Of a stretch of DNA of 64,000 nt, positions 9,195 to 18,486 are shown piece after piece. Below the pieces are notes generated by a model. The model worked only from the letters and a program-made list of their open reading frames with translations. It searched no databases and was not told where the DNA came from. Where the stretch lies: NCBI GenBank assembly GCA_024274875.1, contig JAJSAH010000009.1:8303-72302 (forward strand), in the 5' to 3' direction. Numbering within the stretch: position 1 is the first letter of the stretch; every line of letters starts with the position of its first letter. Both the position numbers and the translations under genes were made by a program. The DNA is from an archaeon. GTDB lineage: Archaea; Micrarchaeota; Micrarchaeia; CAILAH01.

Positions 9195-10610
9195 ATGGCG
9201 TTTGAGTTTAAACTGCCTGACTTAGGGGAAGGCATGGAGGAAGCGACAATTGTTAAATGGCTTGTGAAGGAAGGAGATTTGATTAAGAAAGATCAGAACA
9301 TTGTTGAAGTGGAGACTGATAAAGCAATCGTTGAAGTTCCATCGCCTTATGAAGGAAAGGTATTGAAGATCAATTTTAAGCAGGGTGATGTTGTAAAAGT
9401 AGGGAGCACGCTCATAGTTATTGGGTCTAGCAAGGAGATATTTCCCGAAATCAAACCTGCGCAGATAAAAGAATCTGCGAAAAAACCGCTTGCAACGCCA
9501 AGAGTAAGAAAACTTGCGCGCGAATTGGGAGTTAATCTGCATAATGTTAAAGGGAGCGGCGCAAATGGCAGGATCACTGAAGATGATGTTAGAAAGGTGT
9601 TCGCTCAGAAGCGAAATGCATTCAGGAGTATTGAAGTTGGGGAAGAAATGAGGATAGTCGAAAGAGAGGTAAAGCATCCTGCGCATGTGCGCGCCGTCCC
9701 AAGAGCTAGGGAATTGGCTATGAAGCATAGCATAGATTTAGGGAAAGTAGGGGGCACAGGACCTGGAGGAGTTATAACTGTGAAAGATGTTGAGGATGCG
9801 ATCGAGCGTGCAGAGAGCATAGTTGAAGTAACTAAGTTAAGCAAAAAAAACGAGAAAGAGATTAAAACTAAAATATCCCACCCATTAAAACAAACGATGG
9901 CAAAACATCTCGAAGTGCGCATGCCAATTAAAGGCATAAGAAGAAGCATTATCAAAAAACTCACAAAATCTAACAATCAATCAGTGCAAACAACTGCTAT
10001 GGAAGAAATCGATGTGAGTGATTTAGTGGCGCTGAGAAACAAAGAAAAACTATCCGCAGAAAAAAAGGGAGTTAAACTTACATACCTGCCTTTTATTTTA
10101 AAAGCGTGCGTAATCTCGCTGAAGCGCCACCCGTGGCTTAACGCAAGCATAGATGAAGCAAGGGATGAATTCGTCATTAAAAAATATTACAATATAGGAA
10201 TAGCTGTTGATACGGAAGATGGGTTGATTGTGCCAGTTATTAAGGATGTAGAACTGAAGAGCATAATTGATATCGCAAGAGAAGTGCAAATGCTTGCTGA
10301 AAAGGCAAGAAATAGGGCATTAAGTATTGATGAATTGAGCAACAGCACATTTACAATCACTAATTGGGGGTCTATTGGAGGCGGATTTGGAACGCCAATA
10401 CTGAATTACCCTGAGTGCGCGATACTGGGGATTGGAAGAATATCAAAAAAGCCAGTTGTTGTAAAAGATGAAATAAAAATAAGATATATGCTTCCCATTT
10501 CGCTAACTTTTGACCATAGAATTGTAGACGGAGCGGAAGCAGCAAGGTTCTTAACCGACATAAAAAAACATTTAGAAGACCCTGCACTGCTGCTTGTGGA
10601 TATAATTTAA
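9195..10610 (+). CDS. Dihydrolipoamide acyltransferase (E2) with one lipoyl domain and two peripheral-subunit-binding domains
   Basis: The lipoyl-lysine motif is VETDKA. PSBD-like segments are ATPRVRKLARELGVNLHNVKGSGANGRITEDDV and AVPRARELAMKHSIDLGKVGGTGPGGVITVKDV. The catalytic motif is SLTFDHRIVDGAEAARF. Confidence 0.9.
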   Translation: MAFEFKLPDLGEGMEEATIVKWLVKEGDLIKKDQNIVEVETDKAIVEVPSPYEGKVLKINFKQGDVVKVGSTLIVIGSSKEIFPEIKPAQIKESAKKPLATPRVRKLARELGVNLHNVKGSGANGRITEDDVRKVFAQKRNAFRSIEVGEEMRIVEREVKHPAHVRAVPRARELAMKHSIDLGKVGGTGPGGVITVKDVEDAIERAESIVEVTKLSKKNEKEIKTKISHPLKQTMAKHLEVRMPIKGIRRSIIKKLTKSNNQSVQTTAMEEIDVSDLVALRNKEKLSAEKKGVKLTYLPFILKACVISLKRHPWLNASIDEARDEFVIKKYYNIGIAVDTEDGLIVPVIKDVELKSIIDIAREVQMLAEKARNRALSIDELSNSTFTITNWGSIGGGFGTPILNYPECAILGIGRISKKPVVVKDEIKIRYMLPISLTFDHRIVDGAEAARFLTDIKKHLEDPALLLVDII

Positions 10611-10611
10611 A

Positions 10612-11418
10612 TTAGGAAAAAATAGATAGGTTGGCTGAACCAGCAGCATTGTTTGCAAGAAACGGAAGCGTGAACAGCCCTAAATACAGCAATGCAACGA
10701 ATGCTATCCCTATCGCAACCAACGCAAGCCATGGGACTAAAACAGTTATTGCGCTTCTCATTCCACTGTACTTATGCACGATTATGAAACCCTTGTATTT
10801 TAAGAACAGAGAATAAATACCCACCAATATCATCGCAATCGACAAAAGCATCAAAATCGGTGAGACTAAGCATGAAATCACGGGGATTGATGAAATCCAA
10901 GTCAATAAGATTGACACTATGTATGCAGGTAGGAGAATCGCAACAACCGCAAAAGACGAAAGAAATGAGACATTTGAATGCGCTGTAAAGCTGCCTTTCC
11001 CACCGCATATTTTCGCGACAGCAAATTCAACTGCGAAATACAGAATATATAGCAAGGGGAGCAGCAAGCAAAAAATGATTGCTCCTGCCAAAGCAAGCAA
11101 TGCAAACATTATTGTTGATGGGGCGATGGTTATGGAGACCAATACTGTTGCGAGAAGGAATATTATGCCCGGCAGATTGCTGAGCATAGAAACTATAAAG
11201 TCAACTAAGAGCTTAACATAAAAATCCACTATCCTGGTTTTTAGGGGTTTTATTTCGAACTTTTCAGGATTAAGGAAGAAACTCTTCCATTCCAAAAAAC
11301 GCTCCTTAAACGGAAGAAAGGAAATTATCTTATCCACATAGCGCAAATACATATCTGCATATTCCTTGTAATTGCCCATAAATATGCTATTAACATAACT
11401 CTTTTTAAGATTTTCCAA
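10612..11418 (-). CDS. Polytopic membrane protein (Yip1-like)
   Basis: A soluble N-terminal region of about 70 aa is followed by about 5 hydrophobic helices. No catalytic motif is present. Confidence 0.45.
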   Translation of the reverse strand: MENLKKSYVNSIFMGNYKEYADMYLRYVDKIISFLPFKERFLEWKSFFLNPEKFEIKPLKTRIVDFYVKLLVDFIVSMLSNLPGIIFLLATVLVSITIAPSTIMFALLALAGAIIFCLLLPLLYILYFAVEFAVAKICGGKGSFTAHSNVSFLSSFAVVAILLPAYIVSILLTWISSIPVISCLVSPILMLLSIAMILVGIYSLFLKYKGFIIVHKYSGMRSAITVLVPWLALVAIGIAFVALLYLGLFTLPFLANNAAGSANLSIFS

Positions 11419-11430
11419 CGATTTTTGATT

Positions 11431-12810
11431 ATGGTGATGGGGGAGGTTGCGAAAGAGTATGAGCTTGCAATCATCGGCGGCGGACCTGGAGGATACATGG
11501 CCGCAATAAGAGCAGGGCAGTTAGGAATAAGCACAGTTTTAATAGAAAAGGAGGAAGTAGGGGGCACATGCCTTAACAGAGGATGCATTCCATCAAAAAT
11601 GCTGTTGCATATATCAGAATCAGTCAAGGAGATGAAACTGCTGCAACATGCAGGAATCATTGCAAAAATTGATATTGATGCAAAAAAAATAAGAAAGAAA
11701 AACTTAGATGTCGTCAGGAGATTGAGAGATGGGGTAAAACTTCTGCTCAAATCATACAATATTGATGTGATGAAAGGCGAGGCGCGCCTTGAATCGCGCA
11801 ATTTTGCGCGCATATCTGGAAAAAAAGTGAATGAAAGTGTGAGGTTTGGGAAATGCATTATCGCAACAGGTTCTATTCCGCGCATTCCAAAAGGCGTAAA
11901 AACCGGAAATAACATCATTACTTCGCGGGAAGCATTGTTTCTTAAAGATATTCCAAAGAGGATTGCAATACTTGGAGCAGGATACATCGCAGCAGAGCTT
12001 GGCACATATTTTTCTGAGATGGGATCTGAAGTGCATCTGCTTGCAAGATCAAGGTTGCTGTCGAGAATTGATGGAGATGCGGTTTCAATAGTGCAAAAGG
12101 AGTCGTTCTTTAAGGTTCATGAACAAACAATCATTGCCAGCATAAATAAAAGCAGAAACCGCGTGCAGATTGAGTTCCTGTCAAGCGGAAAAAGAATTAA
12201 GTTGGATGCAGACAAGCTCATAATTGCTATGGGGAGAATCCCAAACACTAAAGGGATAGGGCTGGAAAATGCAGGAGTGAACGTTGATGAACAAGGATAT
12301 ATTAAGGTTGATGAAAAGATGCAAACAAACATGCCTAACATTTACGCAATAGGCGATGTTGTTAAGGGCCCAATGCTTGCGCACAAAGCCTTTATGCAGG
12401 GCAGAGCAGCTGCGGAAGCGGTTGCTGACATAAAAAGCTCTGCGTACGATGTTAATGCGATGCCTGCGGCAGTGTTTACGCATCCTGAGATTGCGGTTGT
12501 TGGAGACATCAAAAACTCAAAAAATGTTGTTAAATTTCCATTCTCAGCGCTCGGAAAAGCTGTGGCCACAGGAAGCAAAGGGTTCATTAAAATCGGATAT
12601 GATAATGATGGCAGAATTACCGGAGCAACGGCAGTCGGTAAGAATGCATCTGAACTTCTTGGAGAGTTGGGGCTGGCAATAGAGATGAATGCATTCTTAG
12701 AGGATATTGAAGGAACAGTTCATACACACCCTACAATGTATGAATCAATTCATGAAGCGGCGGCGCTTGCACTGGGCAAGCCCATGCATTATCTCCAAAA
12801 ATTCCATTGA
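11431..12810 (+). CDS. lpdA: Dihydrolipoamide dehydrogenase (E3)
   Basis: The FAD motif is IIGGGPGGYMAAIRA, the redox disulfide is GGTCLNRGCIPSK, and the C-terminal dimerisation motif is HTHPTMYE. Confidence 0.9.
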   Translation: MVMGEVAKEYELAIIGGGPGGYMAAIRAGQLGISTVLIEKEEVGGTCLNRGCIPSKMLLHISESVKEMKLLQHAGIIAKIDIDAKKIRKKNLDVVRRLRDGVKLLLKSYNIDVMKGEARLESRNFARISGKKVNESVRFGKCIIATGSIPRIPKGVKTGNNIITSREALFLKDIPKRIAILGAGYIAAELGTYFSEMGSEVHLLARSRLLSRIDGDAVSIVQKESFFKVHEQTIIASINKSRNRVQIEFLSSGKRIKLDADKLIIAMGRIPNTKGIGLENAGVNVDEQGYIKVDEKMQTNMPNIYAIGDVVKGPMLAHKAFMQGRAAAEAVADIKSSAYDVNAMPAAVFTHPEIAVVGDIKNSKNVVKFPFSALGKAVATGSKGFIKIGYDNDGRITGATAVGKNASELLGELGLAIEMNAFLEDIEGTVHTHPTMYESIHEAAALALGKPMHYLQKFH

Positions 12811-13535
12811 TGCGTTTTATACTTATTTTTAGCTAAAAAGTTTGCATCTGCCAACTCTTTCTCAGTAAGTTCACCAAAACGCCATTCTTTTCCATAGCAG
12901 AAACTATTGAGAAGGGAATTGTGAAGCTTCTGTATAGGAATGTCGCAGTAATCATTTACGCAAGTAACTCTTTGCCTTGCAGAATTAATCATTTTATCCC
13001 TAATTTTTTCATCGCTTACTTTAAGGCACCTGAACATCGTATCTAAGTTTAGGGAATATAAAACCGTGCCGTGCTGCAAAAGCACGCCTTCTTTTCTCGT
13101 TTGCGCGCTGCCAGAAATCTTTTTTTCATTGATTATGATATCGTTTATGGGCTTAAATGATGAATTAATTCCTATGCTTTCTAATCCATCAACAATCCAA
13201 CTGCATATCATTTTGTATGATTGCAATATCGATTCTGGGAACATATCCTGGGGCGCAATCACGCTGTAAGTGATTTCCCCATGCGAATCGTGATACACTG
13301 CGCCTCCCCCTGTTCTTCTGCGAACAACGCTTATGCCATTCTTGTTGCAGAATTCTACATCAACTTCATCCATAACGCTTTGAAAATACCCTATGCTAAC
13401 TGCGGAAGGATTCCACATGTAAAAGCGTATTGTTGGCTCGCCGCCGTCCCGAACATAATTGCATATTGCTTCATCTACCGCCATGTTCATGAACGCATCA
13501 TTTTTTGATGCAGTGATTACTCTCCACATCGCCAC
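12789..13535 (-). CDS. lplA: Lipoate-protein ligase A, catalytic (N-terminal) domain protein
   Basis: NMAVDEAI, VVRRRTGGGAVYHD, GEITYSVI and the catalytic-lysine region KKISGSAQ are present. Its 3' end overlaps the convergent lpdA 3' end by 22 nt. Confidence 0.85.
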   Translation of the reverse strand: MAMWRVITASKNDAFMNMAVDEAICNYVRDGGEPTIRFYMWNPSAVSIGYFQSVMDEVDVEFCNKNGISVVRRRTGGGAVYHDSHGEITYSVIAPQDMFPESILQSYKMICSWIVDGLESIGINSSFKPINDIIINEKKISGSAQTRKEGVLLQHGTVLYSLNLDTMFRCLKVSDEKIRDKMINSARQRVTCVNDYCDIPIQKLHNSLLNSFCYGKEWRFGELTEKELADANFLAKNKYKTHQWNFWR

Positions 13536-13810
13536 GCCTCCTCAACCATGCTGCACACATCATTATAATCAAACCCTATGCACACAATTTTTATCTTGCG
13601 TTTCACTAGCTCCTTCATTATCTTACTGCGCAGACCTTCAACCTTTTTTCCCATGAATATCTGCTCAAACTCGATTATGCTTTCTTCAGGATGCATAAAA
13701 AAATCCCCAGTAATTTTTAAATCTGAAATGCGGTCACCGTTGAATTTTACTGAAATCCTTACCAACTTCCCATTCTTAATCTTGCGTTCTACGGTCTTCA
13801 CGCGCACCAC
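13517..13810 (-). CDS. lplB: Lipoate-protein ligase C-terminal-domain protein (LplB-like, split ligase)
   Basis: The sequence reads GKLVRISVKFNGDRISDLKITGDFFMHPEE. Its size and its position immediately upstream of lplA match the Thermoplasma-type split LplA/LplB arrangement. The start codon is GTG. Confidence 0.65.
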   Translation of the reverse strand: MVRVKTVERKIKNGKLVRISVKFNGDRISDLKITGDFFMHPEESIIEFEQIFMGKKVEGLRSKIMKELVKRKIKIVCIGFDYNDVCSMVEEAWRCGE

Positions 13811-14156
13811 CTTTGCACAGGGATTTAACAGCGTTCAGTATGATTTCAACGCACCCTTTTCTGCCAACAGAAGGCATAAAACCTATTAATTCAACCATTC
13901 TATTAAAATCTAATTCGCATAAATCATCAAGTTCCTTTCCCATCAAATAATCGCACAATATATCTGCGCTAACAAATGAAAGCACGCATCCTTTCCCATC
14001 AAATTTTGCATCAACGATTTTTGAACCGCGAACCTTAACATATACATCTATGCTGTCGCCGCACGAGAAATTTGATTTGAATGTATGCAAAGCCCCTTCA
14101 ATCTTCCCTCTGTGTTTAAGAGATTTATACCTGTCTATAAACTCTTCATAATTCAT
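13776..14156 (-). CDS. sufU: SufU/IscU-like Fe-S cluster scaffold or sulfur acceptor
   Basis: NFSCGDSIDVYVKV....IVDAKFDGKGCVLSFVSADIL carries the NifU N-terminal-type Cys residues. Confidence 0.8.
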   Translation of the reverse strand: MNYEEFIDRYKSLKHRGKIEGALHTFKSNFSCGDSIDVYVKVRGSKIVDAKFDGKGCVLSFVSADILCDYLMGKELDDLCELDFNRMVELIGFMPSVGRKGCVEIILNAVKSLCKGGAREDRRTQD

Positions 14157-15358
14157 AAAGAGAACACCTTCTTCACATTTTGAAGAGCCGAAAACAGCGC
14201 ATCAACATCTGATTTGCTGTTGTAGAAATAGTAGCTCGCGCGCACAGTGTGGTCTGCTCCAAGCAGATTGTGCAGGGGCTGCGCGCAATGATGGCCCCCA
14301 CGCACGCAAACATTAGATTCATCAAGTATTGCCGCAACATCATGCGGATGAACGCCTTTCACGCTGAATGTGAATATTCCTAAGCTGTTCTTCAAATCAG
14401 TGTTTGAGTGCAGCTCAACAAAATCGGATACTTCATCATGCCTTTTAAGCGTGTGCTCAAGAAGATTTGTTTCAGTGCGGTGCATTTGTTCATACCCAAT
14501 CTGCTTTATGTAACGAACAGCTGCGCCAAACCCTATCACTCCAGCAATGTTAGGCGTGCCCGCCTCAAATTTCTGCGGTATTTCTGCAGGGATGAACGAT
14601 TGCAGATCTGCTTTTGAAACCATGCTTCCGCCGCCAAAGAATGGAGGAAGAGATTCGAGAAGATGGGATTTGCCTATCAGAATGCCTACTCCAGTAGGCC
14701 CAAGCATCTTGTGTGCTGAGAATGCTACATAATCCACCCCAAGTTTGCGGAAATCAATACGCATATGCGGTGCGGACTGCGCGCAATCCATAACAGTGGT
14801 TATGCCTAAATCTGAGCACATATCCAATATTTTTTTCGCATCGTTGATTGTTCCGAGAACGTTAGATGCATGAACAAAAGAAACAACTTTTGGTTTGAGC
14901 GAATGAATCTTTGATTCAAAATCCGAATAATCAAGCGTTGGGCCATCCAGCTTAACATACCCTACTTTTATTCCTATCTTCTGCTTAAGCATCAACCATG
15001 GTAGTAGGTTGCTGTGGTGCTCCATCTCAGTTATCAACACAACATCGCCTTTGTTTAGCAAAGTGCCTGCGAAAACATTTGCAAGTTGGTTTATGCACTC
15101 AGTTGTATTTCTGGTAAAAACGACCTCATCAGGCTTGGAATTAAACAACTCGGCTGTTGCTTCCCTACTTTTTTCATACTCATCTGTTGCGCGCTCGCTT
15201 AACTTATAAACTCCCCTATGCACATTGGCAGGATATTCCATATAATACTCTCTAACTGCCTGCACAACCGAAACTGGCTTGAGCGAGGTCGCTGCGCTGT
15301 CCAAATAATGAAACTTGCTCAATATAGGAAAATCTTTCTTAATATCCAAATGCATCAC
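14153..15358 (-). CDS. sufS: Cysteine desulfurase, SufS type (class V aminotransferase)
   Basis: HHSNLLPW, the PLP-lysine motif SAHKMLGPTGVG and the active-site motif RGGHHCAQP are present. Confidence 0.9.
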   Translation of the reverse strand: MMHLDIKKDFPILSKFHYLDSAATSLKPVSVVQAVREYYMEYPANVHRGVYKLSERATDEYEKSREATAELFNSKPDEVVFTRNTTECINQLANVFAGTLLNKGDVVLITEMEHHSNLLPWLMLKQKIGIKVGYVKLDGPTLDYSDFESKIHSLKPKVVSFVHASNVLGTINDAKKILDMCSDLGITTVMDCAQSAPHMRIDFRKLGVDYVAFSAHKMLGPTGVGILIGKSHLLESLPPFFGGGSMVSKADLQSFIPAEIPQKFEAGTPNIAGVIGFGAAVRYIKQIGYEQMHRTETNLLEHTLKRHDEVSDFVELHSNTDLKNSLGIFTFSVKGVHPHDVAAILDESNVCVRGGHHCAQPLHNLLGADHTVRASYYFYNSKSDVDALFSALQNVKKVFSL

Positions 15359-16142
15359 CCATTTTATTAATCATACGCTGCACAACTCCATTCTTAAACA
15401 GCTCTGCCGCCTCATGCCTTGGCACACCACGGCTCTGAATATATGACAGCGCATCATCTTTTATATCTTGAACTGAAACATCGTGCTTTACATCAGAATC
15501 TCTGTTGTGTATGCTCAGCGCAGGAACAACAGATATGTTGGAATTGTTAATATTGATAAGCCTGCACCTAAATGATGAAATTGCATCACGAGCATGCTCC
15601 TTTACAGAGATCATGCTGTCAATTTTGCAGGAGGCGCCATCTACTATGCCTGCGCAATCAATCTGGCTCAATGACGAAAAGCCTGCGTGCGCATGAGTGA
15701 GGTTAGCATTTATGCTCGAGCCGTTTTCAGGGAGCACCAGCAAATTCAACTTATTTGATGTTTTGATGCAAAGCTCTGAGCGAACATCCAGCCAGGCATT
15801 CTTGCAATGCGCAGCAATAATATTGAGAGTTGAATTGCAATTATTCGATAATTTGTTGTTGATGGCAACATGCGATTGAACAGAGTTTTGAATGTTTGCC
15901 GTGTGCACAAACACCGACCCTTCACCTGCAACGCAATCATATTTCACATTTTGGTTGGAGTCAATAAACTGGCATAAAGATGAAAGGATAAGCTTTGAGC
16001 AGCTTCCAAGCTTAACAGAAACACTGCCAGAATACATAAGCTTCAGCGTTATTACTGCATTAGTATTGCCAGGAACAACAATTTTTACTGAATCTCCATT
16101 CTGCGAAACGAAACCTGTATCACCAAAATAATATCCAATCAT
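15339..16142 (-). CDS. sufD: SufD-like Fe-S assembly protein (short form)
   Basis: It has beta-helix-like repeats and the conserved SufB/D C-terminal motif ALSYIQSRGVPRHEAAELF. The start overlaps the sufC stop by 4 nt. Confidence 0.75.
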   Translation of the reverse strand: MIGYYFGDTGFVSQNGDSVKIVVPGNTNAVITLKLMYSGSVSVKLGSCSKLILSSLCQFIDSNQNVKYDCVAGEGSVFVHTANIQNSVQSHVAINNKLSNNCNSTLNIIAAHCKNAWLDVRSELCIKTSNKLNLLVLPENGSSINANLTHAHAGFSSLSQIDCAGIVDGASCKIDSMISVKEHARDAISSFRCRLININNSNISVVPALSIHNRDSDVKHDVSVQDIKDDALSYIQSRGVPRHEAAELFKNGVVQRMINKMGDAFGY

Positions 16143-16852
16143 AAATCATACCCCTCTCCTTTAATAAGCGCAATCAGCTCTTTTCCGCCCTGTTTAGCTA
16201 TGCTGCCATTGCTGAAAATGTGTACCATGTCAGGATTAAGAAATTCAGATATTAGCGGGTTGTGCGTTATCAGCAGCACGCCCATCCCTTTTTTAACCTG
16301 CGAGGTTATTATCGATGCCGCATTCTTTACTGAATTGATATCTAAACCTGAATCAATTTCGTCAAGTATCGCATACTTTGGGTTCAACATAAGCATCTGA
16401 GCAAGTTCGTTCTTCTTTTTTTCGCCTCCAGAAAAACCGGAATTAACGCTTCGCGAATAGAACGATTCATCCAGCCCAGCTTTTGCTAAATTATTTATAA
16501 ATGACAGTTTAAATTCACTCAATTCTTGAGCAATTCCGCAAGCTTTCATGGCCTGCCTAACAAACAATGAATTCTTAATCTCATCAATCTCAACAGGATT
16601 TTGAAATGAGAGAAATAGCCCTCTGCGCGCGCGGGCATCAATGCCCATTCCAGTTATGTCTTCTCCATCAAGCAAAATGCTTCCCTTCACATCATATCCT
16701 GGGAGGCCCATGATTGCATTGGCAAACGTTGATTTGCCGGAGCCGTTCTTCCCCATAAGCACATGCAGTTCTCCAGAATTTATCTGCATGCTTGCATCCT
16801 TAACTAAATGCCTTTTTCCTATGTAAACATTCAAATTGTTAATTTTCAACAT
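16139..16852 (-). CDS. sufC: SufC Fe-S assembly ATPase
   Basis: The N-terminus MLKINNLNV, Walker A GKNGSGKST, signature FSGGEKKK and Walker B AILDEIDSGLD are present. I moved the start to the internal ATG because the 5' extension in the ORF track lies inside sufB. Confidence 0.9.
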   Translation of the reverse strand: MLKINNLNVYIGKRHLVKDASMQINSGELHVLMGKNGSGKSTFANAIMGLPGYDVKGSILLDGEDITGMGIDARARRGLFLSFQNPVEIDEIKNSLFVRQAMKACGIAQELSEFKLSFINNLAKAGLDESFYSRSVNSGFSGGEKKKNELAQMLMLNPKYAILDEIDSGLDINSVKNAASIITSQVKKGMGVLLITHNPLISEFLNPDMVHIFSNGSIAKQGGKELIALIKGEGYDL

Positions 16853-18173
16853 TATCAACATCCTCCAACTCAATCTGTATGAACCTGTTAAGCTCAATCG
16901 CATATTCAAGGGGAATCTGTTCAAGCACAGGTTTTATGAACCCGTTTATGTACATGGTTATGGCATCGCTCTCGCGTATACCCCTGCTCCTCATATAACT
17001 CAGCACATGTTCAGAGATTCTGCCTGTTTTTGCTTCATGGCTAAATTGCACATGATCCGATTCTTGGATATCCGAATAGGGATATGTATCGGTTTTTGCA
17101 TCATCCCCTATCAAAACCGAATCGCACTTAACATTGCACGATGAATTTGTTGCGCCTTTGCCTATCTTAACAAGACCGCGGTATACGCTATGCCCCCCTT
17201 CCAAAGATATGCTCTTGCTTAAAATGATTGATTTAGTGTTTGAAGCCAAATGAATCATTTTTGCACCGCCTTCCTTCACAGTTCCTTTCGGAGCTAATGT
17301 AATGGAGAAGCTTGATGATTTTGCGCCTCTGCCTAAAAGAACACTGCATGGATAGAGCATAGATACTTTTGAACCTAATGATGCGCCAACCCATTCAACC
17401 AGCGCATTGTCATGCACAAGCGCGCGCTTAGTGTTCATATTGTAAACATTTCTGCTCCAATTCTGTATAGTAGTGTACCTGACATGGCTGTTATTATGCG
17501 CAAACACCTCCACTACTGCTGAGTGCAACGAGCTTTTGTCATAGAGCGGAGCACTGCACCCTTCTATGTAATGCACGCTTGAACCCTCATCGGCGATTAT
17601 TAATGTGTGCTCGAATTGCCCTTCATTCTTGGATTTCATGTAAAAATATATTTGCATGGGCACGCCTACCTTAACCCCTTTTGGAACATACAAAAAAGAC
17701 CCGCCGCTCCATACTGCATAATGCAATGCGCTGAATTTATTATCATCAATTTTGACTGCATTAGAAAAGTATTTCCTGACCAGTTTAGGATGCTCTGACA
17801 ATGCTCTGTCCAAACTCATGAAGATAACTCCTTTTCTCTCCCAATCCTTCATTATTTTCTCATATATGCTCTCTGACTGATACTGCGCGATAGACCCCCC
17901 AACTAAAAGCTCTCTTTCAGCAGCAGGTATGCCCATCTTTTCATAAATTGCGCGCATATATTCCGGAACTTTCTCCCATGAACTGCTTTTCACAGATTGC
18001 GGAGTGTAATAGTTTATTTCATCAAAGCGAATCTCAGCTAAATTAGGAACTGGCCACTCGGGCATTTTCATCTCATTAAACCTGCGCAACGCGTTCAATC
18101 TAAGCTTAAGCATCCATTCTGGCTCCTTCTTACGCTCTGATATCTCCTCTGCAACGGACTTATCCAACATCAA
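16839..18173 (-). CDS. sufB: SufB Fe-S cluster assembly scaffold
   Basis: FEHTLIIADEGSSVHYIEGCSAP, GATNSSCNVKCDSVLIGD and FSHEAKTGRISE..L.YMRSRGI are typical SufB motifs. Confidence 0.9.
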   Translation of the reverse strand: MMLDKSVAEEISERKKEPEWMLKLRLNALRRFNEMKMPEWPVPNLAEIRFDEINYYTPQSVKSSSWEKVPEYMRAIYEKMGIPAAERELLVGGSIAQYQSESIYEKIMKDWERKGVIFMSLDRALSEHPKLVRKYFSNAVKIDDNKFSALHYAVWSGGSFLYVPKGVKVGVPMQIYFYMKSKNEGQFEHTLIIADEGSSVHYIEGCSAPLYDKSSLHSAVVEVFAHNNSHVRYTTIQNWSRNVYNMNTKRALVHDNALVEWVGASLGSKVSMLYPCSVLLGRGAKSSSFSITLAPKGTVKEGGAKMIHLASNTKSIILSKSISLEGGHSVYRGLVKIGKGATNSSCNVKCDSVLIGDDAKTDTYPYSDIQESDHVQFSHEAKTGRISEHVLSYMRSRGIRESDAITMYINGFIKPVLEQIPLEYAIELNRFIQIELEDVDNVEN

Positions 18174-18386
18174 TTAAACTACCTCAACAAGAAAGCGCTT
18201 CCTATCCACCGTAATTATGCGGACATTTGACTTTTTTGAAATATTCATATACTTTGCTAAATCCTCAGGTATTGAGATTATGAGAGATCTTCCAGAATAA
18301 CTTACCCTTCTCTCAAAATGCAGATTCTTTTTCTCGATGTTGGGTATTGCAACCTCGCAGGTTTTGCAGTCCTCGCACTTCCCCAT
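18174..18386 (-). CDS. Small AbrB/SpoVT-type DNA-binding protein with an N-terminal Cys cluster. It is the first gene of the suf operon.
   Basis: GRSLIISIPEDLAKYMNISKKSNVRIITVD matches the swapped-hairpin AbrB/SpoVT pattern. The N-terminus has CEDCKTCE. Its stop abuts the sufB start with zero spacing. Confidence 0.6.
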   Translation of the reverse strand: MGKCEDCKTCEVAIPNIEKKNLHFERRVSYSGRSLIISIPEDLAKYMNISKKSNVRIITVDRKRFLVEVV

Positions 18387-18486
18387 AATACCACTAACTT
18401 AATTAGTGAAAGATATATTTTTAAATAAATTTGTTGATTTTTTCATTTGATCCAAATCGCGCATGTATAAGCGCAAGCGCTTGCCC

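Noticed and set aside
11325-12005. A 226-aa minus-strand ORF antisense to lpdA. Similar long antisense ORFs are at 38092-38757 (221 aa), 48648-49331 (227 aa), 57422-58225 (267 aa), 21647-22213 (188 aa), 20634-21137 (167 aa) and 7800-8300 (166 aa).
   Set aside because: Each is fully embedded opposite a gene with strong family motifs. Each has a Ser/Leu/Phe-rich, low-complexity composition and no recognisable motif. These are typical shadow ORFs.
18473-18484. A 12-nt perfect palindrome, GCAAGCGCTTGC, 3 nt downstream of the RibL-MazG stop codon, considered as a terminator hairpin
   Set aside because: It has no loop, and no T-run follows on the coding (minus) strand. That is too weak to call a terminator.
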